A stretch of 64,000 nucleotides of DNA from Deltaproteobacteria bacterium. GTDB taxonomy: Bacteria; Myxococcota; Kuafuiibacteriia; Kuafuiibacteriales; Kuafuiibacteriaceae. The stretch covers positions 160,001 through 224,000 of the forward strand of contig JAVJQW010000057.1 of the NCBI GenBank assembly GCA_040218735.1, written 5' to 3'. Shown piece after piece: positions 40,892 through 49,700 of this stretch; position 1 is the first letter of the stretch; every line of letters begins with the position of its first letter. A program made the translations under genes and the position numbers. The notes under the pieces are model-generated. The model saw only the letters and a list, made by a program, of their open reading frames with translations, did not search any database and was not told the DNA's origin.

Positions 40892-41860
40892 TCAAAACGC
40901 CAGGTCGAGGCACGTGTCCAGCTCGGCGCCGAAGTCGGCGCGGGCTCGGGTGCGGTGCGCCTCGACGACGCGCCCCTCGTCGATGACGAACCGCGCGGCG
41001 AACAACGCGCCGTAGGGATCCGAGAAGGCGGCGTAGCGTTTGTCGTAGAGGTAGACGACCGTCTGGTCCGCGCGCTCGACGCGGGCCGAGACGTAGTCGT
41101 CGGCGAACCACTTGAAGATGCGGCCCTCTTCGCTGTCCTCGGCGGCGCGGACCGCCAGATCGTCGAGGCGATCGATCGGCAACAGATCGCTGACGCCCCC
41201 CTTCCAGGACCACGCTCCGACGGCGACGTTGCCGTCGGCGTCCCGCGCGACGACGCGGCGGAGCATCGGGAACAAGATCGGCACCAACGCCCGCACCGCG
41301 ACGGGCTGAAAGCCCGCGGCCTCCAACCGCGCGCGCGCTTCGGTGCGGACGTGCGCGGAGATCGCCGTGCCCAACAGCAGGTAGACGAGCCCCCACGCGA
41401 GCGCGACGCGCGCGGTGAGAGCACGCTTCTTCCACACGGCCCAGGCGAGCGGGAGGGTGTAAATCGGATCGACGATCGCGACGCCGTCGAACGCCCACCG
41501 CGAGTCGGAGAACGGCGCGAAGAGCTGCGTGCCGTAGGTCGTGAACACATCGAGGAGCGGGTGCGTGACGAGCGCCCAGAACGTGAGGTGGATCCACGCG
41601 AACCGCTCGCGCCCACCACCGAGGATCCGTGACGCGACCGCGCCGATCACGAGCGACGCGACGGGGAGCACGAGGACGGAGTGGGTGACGCCGCGGTGGT
41701 GAACGAGTGAGGCCCACTCCCCCGCCGCGCGCATCACGACGTCGAAGTCGGGCATCAGGCCGCAGGCCGCGCCGAACCACACCGCGCGGCGCCCGAGGCG
41801 ATCCGCGAACCCCGCCTGCCCGACGGCCGCGCCGAGGAGGCCCTGTGTGATCGTGTCCAC
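40892..41860 (-). CDS. YdjM-like membrane metal-dependent hydrolase
   Basis: (M)DTITQGLLGAA, MPDFD, HHRGVTHS, THPLLDVFTTYGTQL, IVDPIYTLPL. Start set to GTG 41860. Confidence 0.9.
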   Translation of the reverse strand: MDTITQGLLGAAVGQAGFADRLGRRAVWFGAACGLMPDFDVVMRAAGEWASLVHHRGVTHSVLVLPVASLVIGAVASRILGGGRERFAWIHLTFWALVTHPLLDVFTTYGTQLFAPFSDSRWAFDGVAIVDPIYTLPLAWAVWKKRALTARVALAWGLVYLLLGTAISAHVRTEARARLEAAGFQPVAVRALVPILFPMLRRVVARDADGNVAVGAWSWKGGVSDLLPIDRLDDLAVRAAEDSEEGRIFKWFADDYVSARVERADQTVVYLYDKRYAAFSDPYGALFAARFVIDEGRVVEAHRTRARADFGAELDTCLDLAF

Positions 41861-41895
41861 GGCGCGAGAGGGTCGGCGACCGGCACGCGAAGGAC

Positions 41896-41916
41896 AACGG
41901 GTTACGAACCCGTTAC
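41896..41916. promoter_or_regulatory. Perfect 8-bp inverted repeat (AACGGGTT-ACG-AACCCGTT) in a divergent promoter region; candidate operator
   Basis: Read directly at 41896-41914; it also contains GTTAC twice at 11-bp spacing (41901, 41912). Confidence 0.45.
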
Positions 41917-41950
41917 CCGACGCGCGCGCTTCGGGGCCCATGATGGGGAC

Positions 41951-43063
41951 ATGGCGATTCGACCCGCGATCACGCTGATCACCTGCGTCGCGTTCGGCGC
42001 CGCCGTCTTGACGCCCCCGTGGTGTCGACGGGGCGCCGACGACGTCTTCGATGGCTCCCTGGAGGCCGATCGCGCCTGGGCGCGCGGTGTCCACCGCTGG
42101 ACCACGACGAAGCTCGACCCCGAGGCCTTCGCTACCGGCTCCGAGCTGTTCGACGGCGAGTGGCTGTTCGGCACCCACGTCATGGCCGCGCTCGGGTTCC
42201 TCCAGACCGCGCTTCGCCACCCCGAGCTGCGCGCGCAGCACGTCGCGTGGGCGGAGGCGAGCGTGGACGCGATCCTCTCCGAGCGCGTCCGTGCGTTCGA
42301 TCGGGGACGCCACGGGGAAGACCCCCTCGACACCCTGCACGAGGACGGCGCGCACGCCGCGTACCTCGGCTACCTCGGCGTGGTGCTCGGTCTGCTCCGT
42401 CGCATCGACCCCGACACCCGACACAAAGCGCTCCACGACCGCATCGCCGCCGCCCTCCGTCGGCGCATCGAAGCCGGCGACAACGGCCTCGTCGCGACGT
42501 ACCCGGGCGAGTGGTACCCGGTCGACAACCTCGCGGTGCTCGCGACGCTCCGCACGGCCGGCGGGCACGATGCCTTCGTCGACGCGACGCTCGCCGCGTT
42601 CACCAAGAAGTACGTCGACCCGGACACCGGGCTGCTGGTGCAGGCCGTCGACGCGAGCGGGCGCGTCGTGGACGGCCCGCGAGGATCCGGCACGACGCTC
42701 GGCGCCTACTTCGCCGCGTACGCCGATCCGCCGCTCGCGCGACGCCTCGCGCTCGCGGTCGAACGCGAGCTCGCACGCGACGTCTTCGAAATGGGTTGGG
42801 TTCGTGAGTACCCCGCGGGGCACGACGGCCACGGCGACATCGACTCCGGACCGATTTTGTTCGGCGCCGGACTGTCCGCGACGGGCTTCGGGCTCGCGAC
42901 GGCGCGCCTCGCGAACGACCGCGAAGCCTTCGCGGCGCGGTGGGCGATGGCGACGCTCTGGGGCGCTCCGTTGCAGGTCGACGGCGCTCGGCAGTGGGTG
43001 GTCGGTGGCCCGCTCGGCAACGCGATCCTGTTTGCGATGACTACGGTGGAGGTGTCGCTGTGA
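41951..43063 (+). CDS. Linalool dehydratase/isomerase-like secreted protein
   Basis: N-terminal hydrophobic segment; YLGYL, TYPGE.YP.DN, VREYP.G..G.GD.DSGP...G.S..ATGF. Confidence 0.55.
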   Translation: MAIRPAITLITCVAFGAAVLTPPWCRRGADDVFDGSLEADRAWARGVHRWTTTKLDPEAFATGSELFDGEWLFGTHVMAALGFLQTALRHPELRAQHVAWAEASVDAILSERVRAFDRGRHGEDPLDTLHEDGAHAAYLGYLGVVLGLLRRIDPDTRHKALHDRIAAALRRRIEAGDNGLVATYPGEWYPVDNLAVLATLRTAGGHDAFVDATLAAFTKKYVDPDTGLLVQAVDASGRVVDGPRGSGTTLGAYFAAYADPPLARRLALAVERELARDVFEMGWVREYPAGHDGHGDIDSGPILFGAGLSATGFGLATARLANDREAFAARWAMATLWGAPLQVDGARQWVVGGPLGNAILFAMTTVEVSL

Positions 43064-43440
43064 AATTCGTTCGAACCGCGAAAAGTGGTCGCCGCGATCG
43101 GAGAAGTGCTCCGTCCCCGCGTGCGAAATTCATTGGTGTCATGACGATCCTCGTAGCGCTCGTCGCGATCCACGGCGTCATGCTCCAAAACCTCGCCACG
43201 GAGCAGACCGTCGCGAAGCTCTTCGGCGCCGGCGGGGACGCCATGGATTTCGTTGTGGCGCTGACGTTCCTCGCGACGCGGCTCGCCCTGTACCTCCTCG
43301 GCCCCGGCCTGGCGCTCTACGCCGCGCTGACACTCGTCACCTCGCGATTCGGCCGTTCACGGGGTGCGTCCGTTCGTGGCATGACGTCGTCGTCGGATGA
43401 CGCAACCCACGATCGACGAAGCGCGCGAGGTGCTGCGTGA
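43060..43440 (+). CDS. Small membrane protein coupled to the preceding gene
   Basis: GTG 43060 overlaps the upstream stop (GTGA); two hydrophobic segments. Confidence 0.55.
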   Translation: MKFVRTAKSGRRDRRSAPSPRAKFIGVMTILVALVAIHGVMLQNLATEQTVAKLFGAGGDAMDFVVALTFLATRLALYLLGPGLALYAALTLVTSRFGRSRGASVRGMTSSSDDATHDRRSARGAA

Positions 43441-45220
43441 GGTCTTCGGCTACGACGACTTCCGGCCGCTGCAGTCCGAAGCGATCCGCACCGCGCTGAC
43501 CGGTCGAGACCTCGTCGTCCTCCTCCCGACGGGCAGCGGCAAGTCCCTCTGCTACCAGATCCCCGCGCTCGTCTCCCGACGACGCGGCGAGGGGCTCACG
43601 ATCGTCGTGTCCCCGCTCATCGCGCTGATGCAGGACCAGGTCGACGCCCTCGCCGGCCGAGGCGTCGCCGCCGCCGCGCTCAACAGCCACCAGTCCGCGG
43701 AAGACCGGCGGGAGGTGCTCCGCCGACTCGACGAGGACGCGATCGATCTGCTGTACGTCTCGCCGGAGCGCATCGCGACCCCCGGCTTCACCCGCCTCCT
43801 GAAGAAGCTCCGCGTCGCGCGCATCGCGATCGACGAAGCCCACTGCGTCAGCCAGTGGGGCCACGACTTCCGACCCGACTACCTGGAGATCGGCGGGCTG
43901 CGCGACCTCGTCGACGCACCAGCGCTCGCGCTCACCGCCACCGCGACACCGGTGGTCGTCACGGAGATCATCAAACGCTTGAGCCTGCAGGACGCCGCCG
44001 TCGTCCGCGGCGACTTCTCCCGCGACAACCTCGCGTTCACCGTCGAGCACCGCCGCCTGCAGGCGGATCGCCTCGAAGCCCTCGCGCGCGCGATCCAAGT
44101 CGCGGGCCTCGCACGAGGGCGTGGGCGCGCGATCGTTTACTGCCCCACGCGCAAGACGACGGAGACCGTCGCGAAGGCGCTCCGCGGCGAAGGGATGCCG
44201 GTGGGTTACTACCACGCCGGCCGAACCAAGCTCGCCCGCGAGCGCGCGCACCGCGCGTTTGCGACGGGGCGGACGCGCATCCTCGTGTCGACCAACGCGT
44301 TCGGGATGGGCATCGACTTCCCGGACGTCCGCCTGATCGTTCACTTCGCCGCGCCGGGGAGCCTCGAAGCCTATTACCAAGAGGCCGGGCGCGCCGGGCG
44401 TGACGGCCTGCCGGCGCGGTGTCTGTTGATCTTCTCCAAGGGTGACCTCGCCACGCAGCGCCGCCTCGAGTCGGCGTCGGCGTCCGAGCTGGTCAAGGCG
44501 CGGCGCCGCGAAGCGCTCGAGGCGATCGAGTCCTACGCAAACGCCTCGACGTGCCGACAGCAGGTGCTCGTTCGTCACTTCACGGGCGGCGAGGACGAGG
44601 TCGAGTGCGGCCTGTGTGATCGGTGCCTCGACCCCACCGCGGAGCCGGTCGTCGAGGTCGAGAAGGAGGCGCCCCCGATCGTCGAGCTCCCCGAGTCCAA
44701 GCGCGACTTGATCGTCTCCGCCGTCGATCGCCTCCGCCGCCCCGTGGGACGCACCCGCCTCGCGCAAGCGCTCCGCGGCGGAAAGGCGAAGTCGCTCTCC
44801 CGCGGCGGCCTCCTCACGCTCCCCGAGTACGGCGCGCTCGCCGAGTACGACGAAAAGTCGATCGTCGCCGCGATCGACCACCTCCTCACGTCCGGCGTCC
44901 TGCGCCGCACCGGCCGCCGCTACCCCACGGTGTGGATGGCGAACAAGGCCGTGCGCGCCGAGAAGACCGAGCGCCCCGAGCGCAAGCCGACGTCACGCCC
45001 CGGCCGCATCGCACGCGCGCTCGACGACTACCGAAAGCGCACCGCGCGGCGGCTCAAGTGGAAGCCGTACATGGTCATGCAACGGAAGGTCGTCTTCGCG
45101 ATCGACGCCAAGCGCCCCGAGACCCACGACGACCTCCTCCGCATCCCCGGCCTCGGCCCCGCCAAGGTCGAAAAGTTCGGCGACGACATCCTGCAGATCG
45201 TCGAGCGCTACTCCGACTGA
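43397..45220 (+). CDS. recQ: RecQ family ATP-dependent DNA helicase with Zn-binding and HRDC domains
   Basis: PTGSGKSLCYQIPAL, DEAHCVSQWGHDFRP, ALTATA, AFGMGID, YYQEAGRAGRDG, CR...CGLCDRC, IPGLGPAKVEKFG. Confidence 0.93.
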   Translation: MTQPTIDEAREVLREVFGYDDFRPLQSEAIRTALTGRDLVVLLPTGSGKSLCYQIPALVSRRRGEGLTIVVSPLIALMQDQVDALAGRGVAAAALNSHQSAEDRREVLRRLDEDAIDLLYVSPERIATPGFTRLLKKLRVARIAIDEAHCVSQWGHDFRPDYLEIGGLRDLVDAPALALTATATPVVVTEIIKRLSLQDAAVVRGDFSRDNLAFTVEHRRLQADRLEALARAIQVAGLARGRGRAIVYCPTRKTTETVAKALRGEGMPVGYYHAGRTKLARERAHRAFATGRTRILVSTNAFGMGIDFPDVRLIVHFAAPGSLEAYYQEAGRAGRDGLPARCLLIFSKGDLATQRRLESASASELVKARRREALEAIESYANASTCRQQVLVRHFTGGEDEVECGLCDRCLDPTAEPVVEVEKEAPPIVELPESKRDLIVSAVDRLRRPVGRTRLAQALRGGKAKSLSRGGLLTLPEYGALAEYDEKSIVAAIDHLLTSGVLRRTGRRYPTVWMANKAVRAEKTERPERKPTSRPGRIARALDDYRKRTARRLKWKPYMVMQRKVVFAIDAKRPETHDDLLRIPGLGPAKVEKFGDDILQIVERYSD

Positions 45221-45231
45221 CCGCGGCGGAG

Positions 45232-46299
45232 CTACGCGGCGTAGTAGGCGCCGTTCTTCGTCTTCATGAACGCGTCGAGCGGGATGTCCTCCTGCTTGAG
45301 GAAGCCCTGCTGCGGGAGCGTGCCCGCCGAGACCATCTCGACGACCGCGCAAACGCTCGCGGCGGTCGTCCAAGAGATCGCGCGCCACGGGCGCCCGGCG
45401 ATCTGCTTCGGCCGGTACGCGCGCACGAACTCCTCGCGCGACATCCGCCCGCCCTTCACACCTTCCACCGCGGCGTGGATGTAGACGACGTCGTCGTTCA
45501 CGGGCGGCTTCGCGTTCACGAGGATCTCTCCGGCCTCCTCGCGGCGCTCCTTCATGTACAGCTCCTCGAAGAAGAACCGCATGAGCCCGCAGTGACCGGG
45601 GTAGCGCATCGTCTTGTAGTTGAGCTCCTCGACGCGCCCTTCGTAGGTCTCACACATCGTGCCGAGGCCGCCGCTGGTCGTGAACGCCTCCAGGCGGATG
45701 CCGTCGATGACGATCGTCTCGAGCCCCTGCATCGGCGGGACGAGCGCCTTGCGGCCGCGCGCGATCACTTCGCAGTCGTTGAGGTACTCGTTGACGACGC
45801 CCGCCGCCGACCAGTTGAACGCGTAGCCGAGCAGGCCGCGCGGGTGGCGCGGCAGCGCGCCGACGCGCAGCTCGATGCTGCGGAGCGTCTCGAAGCCCGG
45901 CGTCAGCGACGCACCGACGATGCCGATGAAGCCCGGCGCCAAACCACACTGCGGCGCCATGATCCCCTTCGACGTCTCGGACAGCTCGATGACGGCCTTC
46001 GTCGTCGGCACGTCCTCGGTGAGATCGAAGTAGTGCATGCCGTGCCCGTGCGCGAGCTTGGCGATGCCGATGTTCAGGTTGTACGGCAGACACGACACCA
46101 CGGCGTCGTGGCCTTTCATCGCTTCGCTCACCGCCTCCGTGTTGGAGATGTCGACCTTGTCGATCGGGAACGGCCGGTCCGTCCGCGGACGCATGTCGAG
46201 CCCCCGAACCTTGAAACCGGACTCGTGGAGCAGCGTCGCGACCAGCGCGCCGACCTTGCCGATACCAATGACCAGGATTGTTTCGATGGGCTTCGTCAT
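45232..46299 (-). CDS. Saccharopine dehydrogenase / lysine 6-dehydrogenase family protein
   Basis: IGIGKVG, HYFDLTEDV, PQCGLAPG, NWS..G..NEY, EAFTTSGGLG, YKTMRYPGH. Start set to ATG 46299. Confidence 0.9.
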   Translation of the reverse strand: MTKPIETILVIGIGKVGALVATLLHESGFKVRGLDMRPRTDRPFPIDKVDISNTEAVSEAMKGHDAVVSCLPYNLNIGIAKLAHGHGMHYFDLTEDVPTTKAVIELSETSKGIMAPQCGLAPGFIGIVGASLTPGFETLRSIELRVGALPRHPRGLLGYAFNWSAAGVVNEYLNDCEVIARGRKALVPPMQGLETIVIDGIRLEAFTTSGGLGTMCETYEGRVEELNYKTMRYPGHCGLMRFFFEELYMKERREEAGEILVNAKPPVNDDVVYIHAAVEGVKGGRMSREEFVRAYRPKQIAGRPWRAISWTTAASVCAVVEMVSAGTLPQQGFLKQEDIPLDAFMKTKNGAYYAA

Positions 46300-46356
46300 G
46301 TCGCCCGGGAGCATACCGGTTTAAAAATGGGCGTCTACGTTTGTCCGTAGGCTGTC

Positions 46357-46797
46357 TCAGCTCGCGCCGTCACGCTCGTCGAGGAGCTCTTGGAGGATCA
46401 CCGCAGCCGCGAAGGCGTCGATGAGCTTCCGCCGGTCGCGCGGCAACATCCCGCGCTCCTTGAGGCGCTCCTCCGCCGCCCACGTCGTCAGCGCTTCGTC
46501 ACGCTCCGTCACCGGCATCCCCTCGGGCGCAGCCGCACGGAGTGCAGCCACGAACGCGAGCGCCTTCTCCGTAGATCGCGACGGCGTACCGTCGAGGCGG
46601 TAGGGGACCCCGACCACGATCTCCCCGACCTCGTTCGCCCGCACCACCTCGAATACATGGGCGACGTCGGCGTCGGTCCCCTTCGACGGCCACACCTCGA
46701 ACGGTCGCGCCGTCCACTGCATGTCGTCGGAGAGCGCGAGGCCGATGCGCTTCGTCCCGGGATCGATCCCCAGGATGCGGCGTTTGTCGTCGCTCAG
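46357..46797 (-). CDS. ruvX: Holliday junction resolvase RuvX / YqgF pre-16S rRNA nuclease
   Basis: ILGIDPGTKRIGLALSD, IVVGVP, DEALTT, IDAFAAAVILQ. The apparent start is CTG 46797. Confidence 0.92.
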   Translation of the reverse strand: MSDDKRRILGIDPGTKRIGLALSDDMQWTARPFEVWPSKGTDADVAHVFEVVRANEVGEIVVGVPYRLDGTPSRSTEKALAFVAALRAAAPEGMPVTERDEALTTWAAEERLKERGMLPRDRRKLIDAFAAAVILQELLDERDGAS

Positions 46798-49700
46798 CGG
46801 AACTTCTCCTCGAGGAACTGCTCCACCTTCTTCATGCGGTCCGGCTTGATGGACAGCGGCGGATCGATCCGCAGCCGCGCGTAGGCGTCGGCGGCGAGGA
46901 CCGCGTCCCCCTTCTCGACCGCGTGCTCCGCGAGCACCAACAGCCACAGGTCCGTCGTATCCCGCGACACCTCGATCGCATCGCCGAGCTTCTCCGCGAC
47001 GTGCTTCGCGAACGCCATACGCGCGTTCTTCCCGGCGCCGTCCTGCTCCTCGAGCGGAATGACCCCGCCGGGGAGCGTCGCCTCCAGCGTCCCGCGCGAC
47101 ACTTCGCGCTCACCGACGGGCGAGAGGATCTGCCACTCGATATTCGCCTTCCCGGTCGACGGCGTGATCTGACACTTCATCAGCTTCATCCGAATGCTCC
47201 CCGACACCTCGGGCGCCTTCGGGTCCTTCTTCTTCCACGCCTCCGTCCACGACGGGCTCAGCACCCAGCCGCCGAGGTCCTTGCGACGCGAGGTGATCTC
47301 CATCGTCTCCTCGCGCACGATCGGATCGAACCCCTTGCAGTCCGAGTCCCGCACCTTGTCGCCGCGCATCACGGAGTCCACGACCATCACGAGATCCATG
47401 CGCTTCTTCAGCGCCGCCGTGACCTCGTCCATCTTCGCGCGCGCCGCCTTGTCGTCCTCGTCCAGCGCGAGCGCCCGCTCCAGGTAGACGTACGCGACGC
47501 CCGGCTTGCCCTGCGACGCGTGCGTCTCGGCGGTCGACAACCGGCTCTGCTTCACCTGCGTCTGCAGCGACCCCATCGAGCGCTTCGCCTCGCGGTGGTT
47601 CGGGTCGAGCTTCAACAGCGACGCCGCGACGTCCGCCTGCCGCAGCACGTCGTTGTCCTTCTTCGCCGCCGCGAACTGGTCCTCGAGGATCGAGACACGA
47701 CGCCCGAGCGCGAGCTCCTCACCGAGCTTCGCGACCTTGCTGCCGTTCCCGTTCTTCGCGCTCCCGATCTCCACGAACGCCGACTGCGCCTCCTCGAAGC
47801 TCGACTTCGCGTACAGCGCCGACGCCTCGGTCACGAGCTTCACCGTCTCGATCCCCTTGTTCTCGAGGAGCGCCGCCGCCTCGAGCTCCTGCGCCGTCTC
47901 GCTGTCCGCGCCACGCTTCGCCGAACGCTCGGCGCGCTTCATCAGCTCCGCGAGCGCCTTCGACACCGCCTGCGAGCTCGGCTCCACGATCAGCGACGCA
48001 CCGAGCACCTTCGCGTGCGGCCGCGGATCGCCGGAGCCCGCGATCGCCTTGATCGCATCCTGCTCCTGCTTTTCACGCCGCGACTTCGCGATCTCGTGGC
48101 CGGTCCTGGCGACCTGCGAGGTCTTCGAGATCTCCAGCGCCCCCGAGAAGCCGCGCTCCGCCTCCGCGTACCGGCCCTCACCGAGGTGATCGATCCCGAT
48201 CTTGATGCTCTCCGTCAGCGCGTCCGTCGCACCGGCCGCGATGTTCGCGTTCGCGAGCTGCTCGGCCGCACCCTTGTCGTTGCCCGCTCGGCCCTCCGCG
48301 CGCGCCTTGTCGAGGTACGCCGTGAAGGCCTTCTGCGCCTCCTTGTTGTTCGGGTCCGCCGCGAGCAGCGCCTTCACCGCGAGCGCCGCGTCCTGGCCGC
48401 CCGACGAGATGTCCTTCGCGAGCGTCCCGAGCTTGCGCCCGCGCGCGATCGCCTGACCGCGACGCGTCAGATCCGACGGCGCCGCCTTGCCGAACATGAT
48501 CTCCGCCTCGCCGTACTTGCCCTTCGCGAGCAGCTCGATCGCCGACTTCGTCTGCTTCTCCTCGCCGACCGCGATCGCGATCGCCGTGAGGGTCTTCGCC
48601 GCCGCCGCGTCGTCGCCCTTCGCGGCCGACGCCTCCGCGCGTGTGATCGCCGCGTTCACGATCTCGTCGACCGCCGAGTTCGCCGGATCGATCTTCCGCA
48701 GCTTCGCCGTCGCCTCGGCGCCGCGCTCCTCGTCGGACCCGTTGCGCAGCCCCGCCGCCGCGTCCACCAGCGTGACCACGCGCCGCTTCTTCGCGATCGC
48801 GAGGCCGGTCGTCACGACCTTCGACTCACCCTTGCTCGCCACCGCCTCGTACGCCGAGACCGCGCCGTCGAAGTCCTTCTTCCCGAGCAGGTCGTTCGCG
48901 CGCCCGATCTCGTTCTTCACCGTCTCCGGCTTCGACACGACGTTCGCCGCGGACAAGAGCGCCGCCGCCTGCGCGTCGTTCCCCGCGTCGCCCTGACGCT
49001 CGGCCTCCGAGAGCAGCTCCGTGAACGCCTTCTTCGCCTCGGGGCTGTTCGGGTCCATCTTCAGCGTGCGCTCGAGCGCCTCGCGGGCGGCGTCGAGGTT
49101 GCCGCCTTCCTTCGCCTGCGCGATCGCGCCGGAGAGCATCGCCACACGCGCCGCCTTCGCGATCTCGAAGCCGGCCTTCGCGACCGGCTGCGTCGGCTCG
49201 AGGTCCATCGCGTCCGAGTACTTCGACTCCGCGTCACCCATCTTTCCGCCGTCGAGGGCGGTGTTCGCCTCGTCGAGCGCGGCGCGCACGCCAGGCGCCG
49301 GCGACGTCGCGATGGTCGCCAGCTTCAGGTAACGCGCAGCCTCCTTGTCGTTGTTGTCCTTCGCGTACCCCTTCGCCGTCTCGATCAGATCCGCGAGCGC
49401 CTTCTTCGCCTGCGGGTTGTTCGGGTCGCGCTTCAGCAGCTCCGCGAGCGACTCCGCGCTCGACTCGTCACCCTTCACCGCAGCCTGCGCGTCACTCGTG
49501 AGCGCCGAGAGCATGCGGTCCTTCGTAACCTTGCGGCTCACCTCCGCGAGGCGCGCCGACGGCGCCTTCGAGAGCGCCTCGCCGAACGCCGACTCGGCGC
49601 CCTGCAGGTCACCTTCGCGCAGCGAGGACGCGCCCGTGTCGATCTTCCCCGTCACGTCGGCGCCGAGCCCCGCGAGTTTGTTCGCGTAGGCGACGAGGTC

